From positions 142,337 through 206,336 of the forward strand of contig JAKLGL010000002.1 of assembly GCA_022710645.1 (NCBI GenBank): a DNA stretch of 64,000 nt. Reading direction: 5' to 3'. The DNA is from Patescibacteria group bacterium (GTDB taxonomy: Bacteria; Patescibacteriota; Patescibacteriia; Magasanikbacterales; GWA2-37-8). Positions 46,887 to 56,705 of the stretch are shown here, one piece after another; position 1 is the stretch's first letter, and the number at the start of each line of letters is the position of its first letter. The position numbers and the translations under genes were made by a program. The notes below the pieces were generated by a model. It did no database searches. It was not told the origin of the DNA and saw only the letters and a list, made by a program, of their open reading frames with translations.

Positions 46887-47939
46887 ATGGATTTCACAAA
46901 AGTTCGCAATATCATTTTTTTAAGTATTTTGGGTTTAGTCACTCTTTGTTTTTTGTACATTATTAAACCTTTCGTTTATCCTATTTTTTGGGCGGCCATA
47001 TTAGCTTCTTTGTTCTACCCTCTCTATAAGAAATTAAATAATAAATTAAAAACTCCGAACCTTAGCGCCACTATCACTTTAAGCACGGCTATAATAGCCA
47101 TTACTATTCCTTTATTGATTATAGGAACTCTTCTTATCGCTCAATCTGTTGATTTGTATGCCAAAGTCAGTAATAATCAAGATCAGATAAGTTCTTTTAT
47201 CCAAAATGCCGCCAGTACTATCAAACATAACCCCTATACCGCTCAACTAAATATCAACGAATCTTTTTGGCTGGATAAATTCTCCGAAGGAGTGCAATTG
47301 GTAACTTCTTATATCATTACCAATTTGACCAAAATCACTCAAAACTCCATCAGTTTTTTTGTAATGGTCGTTATCATGTTTTATACTCTTTATTTCTTTT
47401 TACGCGACGGAGAAAAAATATTGAAGACTTTGATGCACCTGTGTCCACTAGGTGATAAATACGAAAAAATTCTTTATAACAAATTTACCAATACGGCTTT
47501 TGGAACAATCAAAGGGATAGCGATAGTCGGCGGTTTGCAAGCCACTCTCGGAGCTTTGGCTTTTTATATCGCCGGTATCCAAGGTATTTTGATCTGGGGA
47601 GTAATCATGTTTTTATTTACTTTGATACCATCTTTCGGTTGCAGTCTGGTCTGGTTCCCGGCCGGTATTCTGCTTTTACTTTCCGGTAAAATTTGGCAAG
47701 GTATTTTCATCTTACTTTTTGGCTTCTTTGTTATAAGCACGGTTGATAATTTACTTCGTCCAGTGATAGTCGGAAGAGAAGCTCAACTCCACCCTCTCTT
47801 TATTCTTTTCTCAATGCTTGGAGGTATCATTGTTTTTGGTATTTCGGGATTTATTATCGGACCAATAGTTGTCGCTTTACTTTTGTCTTTCTGGGAAATG
47901 TATGACGAATATTATAGAGAGCAGTTGGATAATAATTAA
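46887..47939 (+). CDS. AI-2E family transporter (PerM/UPF0118)
   Basis: 350 aa, 8 transmembrane helices; resembles the AI-2E family core. Confidence 0.7.
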   Translation: MDFTKVRNIIFLSILGLVTLCFLYIIKPFVYPIFWAAILASLFYPLYKKLNNKLKTPNLSATITLSTAIIAITIPLLIIGTLLIAQSVDLYAKVSNNQDQISSFIQNAASTIKHNPYTAQLNINESFWLDKFSEGVQLVTSYIITNLTKITQNSISFFVMVVIMFYTLYFFLRDGEKILKTLMHLCPLGDKYEKILYNKFTNTAFGTIKGIAIVGGLQATLGALAFYIAGIQGILIWGVIMFLFTLIPSFGCSLVWFPAGILLLLSGKIWQGIFILLFGFFVISTVDNLLRPVIVGREAQLHPLFILFSMLGGIIVFGISGFIIGPIVVALLLSFWEMYDEYYREQLDNN

Positions 47940-48035
47940 ATAAAAACTCAAACGATTTTCAACCCCGCTTTAAAAAGCGGGGTTATCATTTACTTGACAA
48001 AATAGAAAAAAATAATTATAATCATTTTACAAAAT

Positions 48036-48109
48036 GCGGTAGTAGTTCAGTTGGCTAGAATGTCTCCTTGCCAAGGAGAAGGTCGCCGGTTCGAATCCGG
48101 TCTACCGCT
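48036..48109 (+). tRNA. tRNA-Gly, anticodon GCC
   Basis: GCGGTAGTAGTTCAGTTGGCTAGAATGTCTCCTTGCCAAGGAGAAGGTCGCCGGTTCGAATCCGGTCTACCGCT. Confidence 0.85.
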
Positions 48110-48129
48110 CAAATCACATATTAAACATA

Positions 48130-48200
48130 GCGGGATAGAGCAATTGGCAGCTCGCCAGGCCCATAACCTGGAGGTTCTCGGTTCAAGTCCGAGTCCCGCA
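48130..48200 (+). tRNA. tRNA-Met, anticodon CAT (elongator, initiator or Ile2 not resolved)
   Basis: GCGGGATAGAGCAATTGGCAGCTCGCCAGGCCCATAACCTGGAGGTTCTCGGTTCAAGTCCGAGTCCCGCA. Confidence 0.75.
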
Positions 48201-48208
48201 ACAAAATG

Positions 48209-48241
48209 GACACGACCCAATAGTTTGGGTCGTGTTTTTTG
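48209..48241 (+). terminator. Terminator after the tRNA pair
   Basis: ACACGACCCAA-tagt-TTGGGTCGTGT followed by TTTTTT. Confidence 0.7.
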
Positions 48242-48358
48242 GACTTAAATAAAAAATTATTTAGCTAATCTTAGCCACTTTTACCCCTTGACAAAATAGC
48301 TAAAATGTGCTATAATCTACTGTTTTGTACCTTTTAATAACGACAATGGGAGGCAATC

Positions 48359-49210
48359 ATGAAAACTCAGATTCTCAAGAACGGCGCACTCATCGGTGAT
48401 GGACAGGAAAAACTGACCATGGACGACAAGATCGCGCTCGAGATCTGTCTTGGCGACCGGAGAAAGTATGTCTGCATCGTCGACTGGCAGAAGAATATCA
48501 CTGTTCTCAAGCCGACGAGAAAGACTCCTCAGTGGGAGAGTATCTATCACCTTGACATCGACACTTTTCTCGGCCGCATCGGTGAGAAAAGTTTCGTGCA
48601 CACCAAGTATCCGCAGAACGGCCTGAGAGTACTGGAAAGACAGGGGAACAAAATTCTGATAACCGAATTCTCGGTTATCTCCCAGCATGGACAGATCTTT
48701 CTGGTGGATCAACAGTCCCACTTTGAAGAAATCGCCAGTGAAGGATCAAGTGTCGTGGTGCCCAACCTGAAGTGGGAATCCTTGGATAAAATTCTGACCA
48801 ATGATGCCAAAGAAGGTGGCGAAAACCGTTTCGGCATCGAACTCAGGCAACTGCGCAAGGTCAAGGACGTTCCCCCGCGGAAAAAACCGGTGATCCCCGA
48901 ACTCGGCGAAAACCAGGCCATCGTGCTTTGGTACAACGCCGCCATGGGAAGCGGGTGTGCCATGACAAACCATGGACAGGCCAGGATATGGTGGCCCAAC
49001 ACCCCCATCACCAAAGACGGCATACGCATGCTTGTCGAAGGAGAAATTGTGGAATTTTCCAGACTTAAACAGATCGACCGCTCCGACACCAATTTCCGGC
49101 TTGAAATAATCGGAGAAGTAAGGGTGGTCAAACCGGAGAACAAAAAGATCTCCGCTGTGGAACTCCATGGAACTCTGGCAACAACCAAACAGGAACAGGT
49201 TAACGCCTAA
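48359..49210 (+). CDS. Hypothetical protein on a compositionally atypical (GC about 50%) segment, probably horizontally acquired
   Basis: 283 aa. The flanking genome is about 35% GC. The segment is bounded by tRNAs upstream and double hairpin terminators downstream. Confidence 0.6.
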   Translation: MKTQILKNGALIGDGQEKLTMDDKIALEICLGDRRKYVCIVDWQKNITVLKPTRKTPQWESIYHLDIDTFLGRIGEKSFVHTKYPQNGLRVLERQGNKILITEFSVISQHGQIFLVDQQSHFEEIASEGSSVVVPNLKWESLDKILTNDAKEGGENRFGIELRQLRKVKDVPPRKKPVIPELGENQAIVLWYNAAMGSGCAMTNHGQARIWWPNTPITKDGIRMLVEGEIVEFSRLKQIDRSDTNFRLEIIGEVRVVKPENKKISAVELHGTLATTKQEQVNA

Positions 49211-49232
49211 TTCTATCGTTCTTTCAGTCTTT

Positions 49233-49292
49233 ATACCCCCGCATCCGCGGGGGTATTTTTATTTTAAAACCATCCTTTCGGATGGTTTTATT
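49233..49292. terminator. Two consecutive hairpin terminators
   Basis: TACCCCC-gcatccgc-GGGGGTA with a T-run, then AAAACCATCC-tttc-GGATGGTTTTATTTTT. Confidence 0.65.
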
Positions 49293-49293
49293 T

Positions 49294-49737
49294 TTATGCC
49301 GATAATTTTTTTATAATTTCTTCCAACCTCTTTTCGATTTCATCCAACTTTTCGTTTTCAATTCTGGCAAGGGCGATTTGTAATTCTTCAATTTCTTTTT
49401 TTGCCTCTATGTTGGTTTTGTAATCTTCCAAAGCTTGAAACCTGTCACGTTCAGCTTGGCGATTTTGACTCATCATGATAATAGGCGCCGCATAAGCAGC
49501 TTGGGTGGAAAACAGAAGGTTTAGTAAGATAAACGGATACGGATCCCAACGATTGGCATAAGCCAATAAATTAAAACCTATCCAGGCAATAACAAAAATC
49601 GTTTGAAAAATAATAAATTTCCAACTACCCATACCAAAAGCCATGATATCGGCTATACGCTGACCGAAAGTTAGCTTTTCCCTATGTTTTTCAAGCCAAG
49701 TTTTACCGTTATTTGCGACTTTTTCTTTATTTACCAT
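49294..49737 (-). CDS. DUF1003-family membrane protein
   Basis: FGQRIADIMAFGMGSWKFIIFQTIFVIAWI...PYPFILLNLLFSTQAAYAAPIIMMSQNRQ. Confidence 0.7.
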   Translation of the reverse strand: MVNKEKVANNGKTWLEKHREKLTFGQRIADIMAFGMGSWKFIIFQTIFVIAWIGFNLLAYANRWDPYPFILLNLLFSTQAAYAAPIIMMSQNRQAERDRFQALEDYKTNIEAKKEIEELQIALARIENEKLDEIEKRLEEIIKKLSA

Positions 49738-49874
49738 ATTTTTATTTTAATTAATACCTTTATTTTAGCAAAAAAACAACAGAAAGCCAAATTTATCAAA
49801 TTTTACCCCTTTACTACGGTATTTTTTTCAGGTAGTATTAAATTACAATTTTAACGACAAAACCCTTGTAAAAT

Positions 49875-52800
49875 ATGATGCAAAACGCGGTTTCCGAAAA
49901 AAATACAACCGTACTTATCACCGCCGGTTCTGGTTTTGAATTATCCAAAAAAAATCTTGAAATTTTATCAGAATTTTTCGGACCTCACTCCCCTGTTTTA
50001 ATTTTAAACGAATCAAAGTTTGATTCAAAAACCAAAGAAGAAATTTTAAAATCAAAAAACGATATTTTGATTTTAAGTTCAAACGCAGAATTAACTGACG
50101 GTTGTTTGCAAGAAATGGAAAAAGTTTTGAAAGATCACGACAAACACGGATTGGTTTGTCCGAGATCGAACAATTCCGGTTCTTTTGATCAAAACAAGGA
50201 TTATGTTTTGTGGCAAAAAATAGCAAATCTTTTACCTCCTTACAACACTATTCCGTCCGTCGAACCTTTTTGTGTACTGATCAAAAATGACTTGATCAAA
50301 AATTTCGGTTTTCTGGAAATGTGTGAAACTTTTGATTATGTGTCTTTAAATAAATTTATTTGTCACATCAATCGCGCCGGTTATTCCGCCGTGCAAGCAA
50401 ACCGATATTTTGTTTATAACAAAAATTCTACCACCAACAACAAAGCTGAAGATAAAAAAATAATTTCAACCTATCCGGAATATGAAAAGAAAATAAACGA
50501 TTACATGGATTTTTATTTACACCCGTTGGAGCGATTTGCTCCGGTCTTTTTACAACCTAAACCTAAATTTCTTTTTTATTTGGCAGATCTACCTCCGGTT
50601 TACAGCGGAACATCCATCAGCGCACTGAGTTTTTGGCAGCACAGTCGCCAAAAACTTTGCGATTTTTTTGATGTTTACATTTATATTCCGAGACAAACTT
50701 TTGAATTTTTCAAAAAACAATTTGGCGATGTTCCTCATGTCATTTACGCCGAAGATGAAATCCGAGAAATTTTTGCTTTAGCCTATAAACCTTACCAAAT
50801 TTTCAATCCCGAAGATTTGCGCCTACTAAATAAAGTGGCTTTAAAATTCGCTTTTACTCTGTTGGACATCATCTCTTTACGTTGTGATTATCTCAGACAA
50901 AAAGAACGTTTTTACACGGCTAAACAAGCGCTCATTTGGGCCGACGGAGCAACCTGCATCAGCGATTATGTCAGAGAAGACACGGAAAAATTTTTCAATT
51001 CAAAATTTGATTTAAAAACTATTTACCCTTACGCCATTGACGAAATTTCCAAAGAACCGTCGTCGCAAACCGACAAAATACTTCTTATCGGAAATTCATT
51101 TGCTCATAAATTAACAAAACAAGCCATCGTCTTTTTGAAAAATGTTTCCAATTTAACAGTCTTGGGTTCGGAGCCATTACCAAATTATCCGCAAATAACC
51201 TTTCATCCCAGCGGAAAATTGAATAATGAAGAGATGGAATCGCTTTATCATACGGCCAAAATTTTGATCTACCCTTCTCAATACGAAGGATTTGGGATAC
51301 CGCTTTTGGAAGCGGCCAAATTTAATAAACCGATAATAGCTCATGACAATCCTTGCAGCAGAGAAGTGGTGGAAAAATTTCAAATTAATAACGTTTATTT
51401 TTACAAACAGCTTGAAGAAATAGAAGGCATGATTGATAAAATTTCCGCCGAGTCAATCAAGCCGCAAAACGAATTAGCGATTTCCTGGTCAGATTTATCG
51501 TCACAACTCACCGACTATCTCATAAAAATTCATTCTGCCGCGCTTGATATGAAAAAATTTTCAAATCGCCATGAATTTTTATCTCTAATGGAACTTTCCA
51601 AAGAAAAAAAAGAATCTTTACAAAAAAATATAATTTTAAATATGTCCGACAAAAAACAAAATCAATCAGGAGGGATAAACGATAAAATCGCCACAAGTTT
51701 TCTCAAGGACAAGTTCGAAAAGAGTTTGTACGTTTTGAAAAAATATCCGAGCTATGTTTTTAAAAATCCCGAGCTCATCAAAAATCTTTTCGTAACTTTG
51801 TTCAAAAGAGGGCCTTATCAAGCCATGCAAAACGCTTATGATTTCATAAAATTACAAGAAAATCGTGTAAAAGAAACACCTGTTTCTCCTACGATCAAAA
51901 AAGAAGAGGCTGTCAAAATCGAAGATCAACAAGCAAAATATAACGACTTCATAATCCAAAGAGAGAAAGAGTTACTCAAAATAAAAGAATATTTGGAAGA
52001 AGCCGACGGATTCCAATCTCAGCCGCCAATAGCGATGATTTCAACATTGCGACAAACAAAATCCGCGGACATTTCAAAAACCGTGGAATCTCTGCAAAAT
52101 CAACTTTATAAAAATTGGATTTTATTTTTGGGAATTAAAAATATAGATGAAGACGCCAAGAAAAATATTCGCCGTTTCGCCGATAATGATCAGAGAATAA
52201 AGATTTTTGAATTGACTGAAGAAAAAAATAATTACGAATTCCTTTTTAACAAGCTCGAAACCGATTATTTCGGATTGATAGATATCGGCGATACTTTGGC
52301 GCCCGACGCTTTTTATGAAACCATAAAAACACTCAGGGCTTTTCCGGACACGGAGTTTATTTACGCCGACGAAGATCGCATAAATCAAAAAAACGAATAT
52401 TTCTTCCCTTATTTCAAACCAGATTGGTCTCCGGATTTGCATTTATCTTCCAACTACACAAATCGTTTCGCTATTTATAAAAAAAGTGTGATTATCGCCT
52501 CAGGAGGATTTGAAGAAAAATACGAAAGTTATCCGGACTTTGATTTAAGCTTGAAAATTACCGAAAAAACAAACAAGATACAACATATTTCCAAAATTCT
52601 TTATCATAAAAAATCCGAAAACAAAACCGATTATTTTGATCCCGAAGATTATCCGCGTTTTCTCCAAGAGCGTAGGGCTTTACTTACAGCGATTGAAAGA
52701 AGGCACTTAAAAGCCAAACTACAAGACGGTTTGTTTCCTCCTTACTATTTGCGTTACGAGATAAAAGAAAATAGTTTTGCCAGCATTATAATTCCGACCA

Positions 52801-53582
52801 AAGACAAAGTCGGATTATTGAAAAATTGCATTGAAAGCATTTTGAAAAAAACTTCCTTCGCAAATTATGAGATTATAATCATTGATAATAATTCCAAAGA
52901 AACCTCCACCAAAGAATACTATGAATTTTTAAAAGAAGTTTATCCGGATAAAATCAAAGTAGTGGAATACAATCAACCGTTCAATTTCTCGGCTATAAAT
53001 AATTATGCGGTCAAAAAAGCAAAAGGTGACGTCTATGTATTTCTAAATAACGACACGATTATCATCAACGAAGAATGGCTTACGGTTTTAGTTGAACAAG
53101 CTCAAAGAAAAGAAGTTGGCGCCGTCGGTTGTAAACTGCTATATCCGAACAGGACTTTGCAACATGGCGGGGTGATAATCGGATTAAGTAAGGACAACTA
53201 CACGAATCACGCCTTTTTGATGTATCCGGAAACTCACCCCCTCACTGATATTGTCAGAAATTTCAATGCCGTAACCGCCGCTTGTATTGCTGTGCGAAAA
53301 GAAGTCTTTGATGAAATAAACGGTTTTGATGAAATATTCGCCGTGCCTTTCAATGATATTGATCTATGTCTTCGTTTGCGCGCAAAAGATTATTTGGTAA
53401 TCTACACTCCTCTGACCCAAATTTATCATTTGGAGAGCGCCACGCGAGGCGTTCAAGATTGGCCGGAAGACACCAGAATATTCAAAGAACGTTGGGGAGA
53501 ATTGATTTTTAAAACTGACAAATATTATAATCCCAATTTAAGCAGTGATCCATACAAAACATTTGAATGGCGAGGTTATTAA
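49875..53582 (+). CDS. Giant (1235 aa) multi-domain glycosyltransferase: GT2-like, then GT4/GT1-like, then GT2
   Basis: The middle domain has EGFGIPLLEAAKFNKPIIAHD (GT4 EX7E). The C-terminal domain has IIIPTKDKVGLLKNCIESI...YEIIIIDNNS...VFLNNDTII, GT2 DxD-type motifs. Confidence 0.75.
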   Translation: MMQNAVSEKNTTVLITAGSGFELSKKNLEILSEFFGPHSPVLILNESKFDSKTKEEILKSKNDILILSSNAELTDGCLQEMEKVLKDHDKHGLVCPRSNNSGSFDQNKDYVLWQKIANLLPPYNTIPSVEPFCVLIKNDLIKNFGFLEMCETFDYVSLNKFICHINRAGYSAVQANRYFVYNKNSTTNNKAEDKKIISTYPEYEKKINDYMDFYLHPLERFAPVFLQPKPKFLFYLADLPPVYSGTSISALSFWQHSRQKLCDFFDVYIYIPRQTFEFFKKQFGDVPHVIYAEDEIREIFALAYKPYQIFNPEDLRLLNKVALKFAFTLLDIISLRCDYLRQKERFYTAKQALIWADGATCISDYVREDTEKFFNSKFDLKTIYPYAIDEISKEPSSQTDKILLIGNSFAHKLTKQAIVFLKNVSNLTVLGSEPLPNYPQITFHPSGKLNNEEMESLYHTAKILIYPSQYEGFGIPLLEAAKFNKPIIAHDNPCSREVVEKFQINNVYFYKQLEEIEGMIDKISAESIKPQNELAISWSDLSSQLTDYLIKIHSAALDMKKFSNRHEFLSLMELSKEKKESLQKNIILNMSDKKQNQSGGINDKIATSFLKDKFEKSLYVLKKYPSYVFKNPELIKNLFVTLFKRGPYQAMQNAYDFIKLQENRVKETPVSPTIKKEEAVKIEDQQAKYNDFIIQREKELLKIKEYLEEADGFQSQPPIAMISTLRQTKSADISKTVESLQNQLYKNWILFLGIKNIDEDAKKNIRRFADNDQRIKIFELTEEKNNYEFLFNKLETDYFGLIDIGDTLAPDAFYETIKTLRAFPDTEFIYADEDRINQKNEYFFPYFKPDWSPDLHLSSNYTNRFAIYKKSVIIASGGFEEKYESYPDFDLSLKITEKTNKIQHISKILYHKKSENKTDYFDPEDYPRFLQERRALLTAIERRHLKAKLQDGLFPPYYLRYEIKENSFASIIIPTKDKVGLLKNCIESILKKTSFANYEIIIIDNNSKETSTKEYYEFLKEVYPDKIKVVEYNQPFNFSAINNYAVKKAKGDVYVFLNNDTIIINEEWLTVLVEQAQRKEVGAVGCKLLYPNRTLQHGGVIIGLSKDNYTNHAFLMYPETHPLTDIVRNFNAVTAACIAVRKEVFDEINGFDEIFAVPFNDIDLCLRLRAKDYLVIYTPLTQIYHLESATRGVQDWPEDTRIFKERWGELIFKTDKYYNPNLSSDPYKTFEWRGY

Positions 53583-53616
53583 AAAAAGTCCCGATGCAAA
53601 TCGGGACTTTTTTTAA
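53581..53616. terminator. Bidirectional terminator
   Basis: AAAAAAAGTCCCGAT-gcaa-ATCGGGACTTTTTTT. Confidence 0.75.
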
Positions 53617-53617
53617 T

Positions 53618-53854
53618 TTAAACATCTTTTTCTATACCAAACCCTTCTTCATCCTCATCTTCGTCTTCTTCTTCCTCATCACTTTCTTCACCTTCTTCTT
53701 TTGTTTCTTTTTCTACTTCTTCTTCCTCTTCACCTTCGGTTTTAAAACCGAATTCATCCAGCTCGTCTTTTTCTTCTTCCTGCCAAACCGCGTCATTTTC
53801 GTCATAATTGGCATCATCGTCTCCGGGAACAAAAATACTATTGTTGAAAAGCAT
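53618..53854 (-). CDS. Hypothetical highly acidic small protein (Glu/Asp-rich, low complexity)
   Basis: 78-aa ORF; it could be a non-coding GA-rich tract. Confidence 0.3.
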   Translation of the reverse strand: MLFNNSIFVPGDDDANYDENDAVWQEEEKDELDEFGFKTEGEEEEEVEKETKEEGEESDEEEEDEDEDEEGFGIEKDV

Positions 53855-53904
53855 AACTCTTTTTTATTTTATCAAAGCCCTAAATCGGCTTTTTATGAAA
53901 AATA

Positions 53905-54210
53905 TTATAACAAAATATTTGTTTTCGTCAAGAAGAAGTAAAAAATAGCTATCTGTAGCGCCAAAATCAAAACAAAAGGCAGTAAAAATCCGACTTTTTT
54001 GGTTTTATGACGGAAAATCTTCATCCCTGCAATCGCTCCGATAGTTCCGCCAATAAAAGCCAGAAGTAATAATTTGGTTTCTTTCACTCGCCAAGATTGG
54101 CCTTCGGCTTTGGCTTTATCCAAACCATAAACAAAGAAAGTGACGAGGTTGATTATTACCAAATACCAGATAAGCCAGGGGTAGGAATTGTAAAAATCGA
54201 TGAAAAACAT
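53905..54210 (-). CDS. DUF1294 membrane protein
   Basis: YGLDKAKAEGQSWRVKETKLLLLAFIGGTIGAIAGMKIFRHKTKK. The upstream ORF extension overlaps tRNA-Gly(TCC) and was trimmed. Confidence 0.65.
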   Translation of the reverse strand: MFFIDFYNSYPWLIWYLVIINLVTFFVYGLDKAKAEGQSWRVKETKLLLLAFIGGTIGAIAGMKIFRHKTKKVGFLLPFVLILALQIAIFYFFLTKTNILL

Positions 54211-54282
54211 AATTTTATTTTTTATAATTATATCATTAATACTATTTAAAAACAAAACCGCCATAAAGGCGGATCTGTTTTG

Positions 54283-54354
54283 AGCGGATAACGGGAGTCG
54301 AACCCGTGTCACCAGTTTGGAAAACTGGGATAATAGCCGTTATATGATATCCGC
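54283..54354 (-). tRNA. tRNA-Gly, anticodon TCC
   Basis: GCGGATATCATATAACGGCTATTATCCCAGTTTTCCAAACTGGTGACACGGGTTCGACTCCCGTTATCCGCT. Confidence 0.8.
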
Positions 54355-54541
54355 AGAGAACAAAAAGAAAATATTTTTTCTTTTTTGAGCAAGGATGGCA
54401 CATACCTTAGTATATGATATCCGCAAACATTATTTATAAATTGCAAAAATATTATAGTATGTTTTTGAGCCAAAGTCAAGTGTATATTGTTAATTTGCTT
54501 AAAAACTGATATGCTTATCACGTAAATTAACGCTTTAAAAT

Positions 54542-54802
54542 ATGTGGACTTTTATCTTTCAAACAATCTTGGTTTTCTTAGCTGTATTTTTTACTGATGT
54601 ACTTTGGGTTTTATATGTCAGAAGAGTTGGACAAGGAAAAGCTTTTAGCGCCGCCTGGCTCGGAGTTGTTATTTGGTTATTTGGAGCTTATGCGGTAATT
54701 AGTTATGTAGATGATCCACGACATATAGTTTCGGCAGCTTTAGCTTCTTTTATTGGTACATATTATGCCGTAAAACGCGATTCTTCAAAAGAGAAGAAAT
54801 AA
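54542..54802 (+). CDS. Hypothetical small membrane protein
   Basis: 86 aa, three transmembrane helices, followed by a terminator. Confidence 0.45.
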   Translation: MWTFIFQTILVFLAVFFTDVLWVLYVRRVGQGKAFSAAWLGVVIWLFGAYAVISYVDDPRHIVSAALASFIGTYYAVKRDSSKEKK

Positions 54803-54829
54803 GAAAATAAATAAACAAATAATCTAAAC

Positions 54830-54870
54830 TAAAAAATCGTTCCGCCTAAGGCGGAACGATTTTTGTTTTT
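54830..54870. terminator. Bidirectional terminator
   Basis: AATCGTTCCGCC-taa-GGCGGAACGATT followed by TTTTGTTTTTT. Confidence 0.75.
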
Positions 54871-54883
54871 TATTTGTTATTTT

Positions 54884-55453
54884 TTATTCTTTCGACGCTC
54901 TAGCGCTATAATCTCCCGTTTCCGTATTTACCAAAATCTCTTCGCCTTCTTTGATAAATATCGGCGCTTGAATGTGTAGACCGTTATCAAGCACGATTTC
55001 TTTGGTTACATTTCCGGCTGCACTATTTCCTTTTTCCGCTGGTGGAGCTTCTACTACTTTATATTGAATTTTTTTCGGAATTTGGATACTGACCGGTCTT
55101 TCTTCGTACAAACCGATAATTACATCGAGTCCTTCTTTGAGATATTTGGCATCGTCTCCAATCAAATCTCCGTCCATTTCTATCTGTTCGTAAGATTGCA
55201 TATTCATAAAAGCGTAGTTTTCTCCGGTTTTATACAAATATTGCATAGTCACAAAAGACACACTGACAATTTCCACTGTTTCACTGGTTTTATAGGTCAT
55301 TTCAATAACTTTTCCTGAACCCAAAGATTTCATGCGAGTACGAACAAAAGCAGCGCCTTTACCGGGGTTGATATGTTGAAATTCCACGACGACAAAAAGG
55401 TCGTTTTGGTGCTTGATGACTACACCTTTACGGATTTCTGATGTTGAAGCCAT
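54884..55453 (-). CDS. efp: Elongation factor P
   Basis: 189 aa, KGVVIKHQNDLFVVVEFQHINPGKGAAFVRTRMKSL. Confidence 0.9.
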   Translation of the reverse strand: MASTSEIRKGVVIKHQNDLFVVVEFQHINPGKGAAFVRTRMKSLGSGKVIEMTYKTSETVEIVSVSFVTMQYLYKTGENYAFMNMQSYEQIEMDGDLIGDDAKYLKEGLDVIIGLYEERPVSIQIPKKIQYKVVEAPPAEKGNSAAGNVTKEIVLDNGLHIQAPIFIKEGEEILVNTETGDYSARASKE

Positions 55454-55511
55454 AAAAAAGTAATATATTTCAAAATCATCCCGACATTAAGTCGAGATGA
55501 TTGTCTTTGTT

Positions 55512-55727
55512 TTATTTAGGTAAAAAAGCCATGAGCGAAGCTTGGCGTGCGCGTTTAATGGCATTGGCCACTTGACGTTGATGTTTGGCGCAAAGGCCGC
55601 TTCTGCGTCTCGGCGCAATTTTCATATAGGAAGAAACAAATTTTTTCAAACTGTTTACATCCTTGTAGTCAACAACCATTTTGTTGTTGGTGCAATAAAA
55701 GCAACTTTTTGATTTCTGTTCTTGCAT
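55512..55727 (-). CDS. rpsR: 30S ribosomal protein S18
   Basis: CFYCTNN...YKDVNSLKKFVSSYMKIAPRRRSGLCAKHQRQVANAIKRAR. Confidence 0.9.
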   Translation of the reverse strand: MQEQKSKSCFYCTNNKMVVDYKDVNSLKKFVSSYMKIAPRRRSGLCAKHQRQVANAIKRARQASLMAFLPK

Positions 55728-55740
55728 AATTTATTTTATT

Positions 55741-56175
55741 TTAAAAAGGTATATCTTCAACTTTTATTTCTTCTTCGATAACTTCTCCGGAATTTTCGGC
55801 TTGAGCCGAACCGGATTCAACAGGTCTGCTTTTACCGGTATTATCCGCGGAGCCATTTAACATTATCATGTTATCAGCCACTATTTCAGTGCGATAACGT
55901 TTAATGCCGTCTTGTCCGGTCCATTCGCGGGTTTGTAAACGACCTTCTACATAGACTTTTGATCCGCGATGTAAATATTGAGAAGCAATTTCCGCAAGTT
56001 TCGACCACATTACAATATTGTGGAACTCGGCTTCTTTTTGTTTTTGGCCTTGAGCGTCGGTCCAAAAACGATTGGTGGCGATAGACATCGAGGCTACAGC
56101 TTTACCGTTTGGGGTATTGCGAAGCTCCGGATCTCTGGTCAGATTACCTATCAACATCACGCGATTTAAATCCAT
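55741..56175 (-). CDS. ssb: Single-stranded DNA-binding protein
   Basis: MDLNRVMLIGNLTRDPELR... OB fold; C-terminal ...EDIPF tip. Confidence 0.9.
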   Translation of the reverse strand: MDLNRVMLIGNLTRDPELRNTPNGKAVASMSIATNRFWTDAQGQKQKEAEFHNIVMWSKLAEIASQYLHRGSKVYVEGRLQTREWTGQDGIKRYRTEIVADNMIMLNGSADNTGKSRPVESGSAQAENSGEVIEEEIKVEDIPF

Positions 56176-56201
56176 ATATTTAAAAAATTAATTTATAACT
56201 T

Positions 56202-56705
56202 TTAGACTTTGGTCATCAAGTTGTCGTCAGCCAAAATCTCGTCCAATTTTTTATCAATATCTTTCAAATCCATGGTTTTCTCTTCTTTTTCTTCTTTCTT
56301 TTCTTCTTTTTTCTCTTCTTTTACTTCTGTTTTAACAACCTCTTCAACAACTTCCGGGACGGTTTCAGTTTCTTCTTTAACTTCGGAATTAAAATAAGAA
56401 ATCTTTTGAGCTTGGGAAATTTTATCATTATATTTGGTGATAAAACTTCTTAAGATGTTTTTATCCAAATCCAATTTATTTTTTAATTCTTTAACTTTTT
56501 CGGATTCAGCTTCAAACACAACGGTATAAAAATAACCGTAACGAATTTGTTTGATAGGATAAGCCAAACGATTTTTACCGAGATTTGTTTCTACGGCATT
56601 GGTACCTATTTCATTAACTATGGTTAAGGCTCTATTGGCTTCATTTTCGGATTCTTTTTCATCAAAAGTACCGGGTAAAACCAACAAAAGTTCGTATTTC
56701 TGCAT
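56202..56705 (-). CDS. rpsF: 30S ribosomal protein S6 with a Lys/Glu-rich C-terminal extension
   Basis: MQKYELLLVLPGTFDEK...GYFYTVVFEAES. Confidence 0.85.
   Translation of the reverse strand: MQKYELLLVLPGTFDEKESENEANRALTIVNEIGTNAVETNLGKNRLAYPIKQIRYGYFYTVVFEAESEKVKELKNKLDLDKNILRSFITKYNDKISQAQKISYFNSEVKEETETVPEVVEEVVKTEVKEEKKEEKKEEKEEKTMDLKDIDKKLDEILADDNLMTKV

Noticed and set aside
53905-54312. Full-length 135-aa ORF
   Set aside because: The N-terminal 34 codons overlap tRNA-Gly(TCC). The CDS was trimmed to the DUF1294 core starting at 54210.
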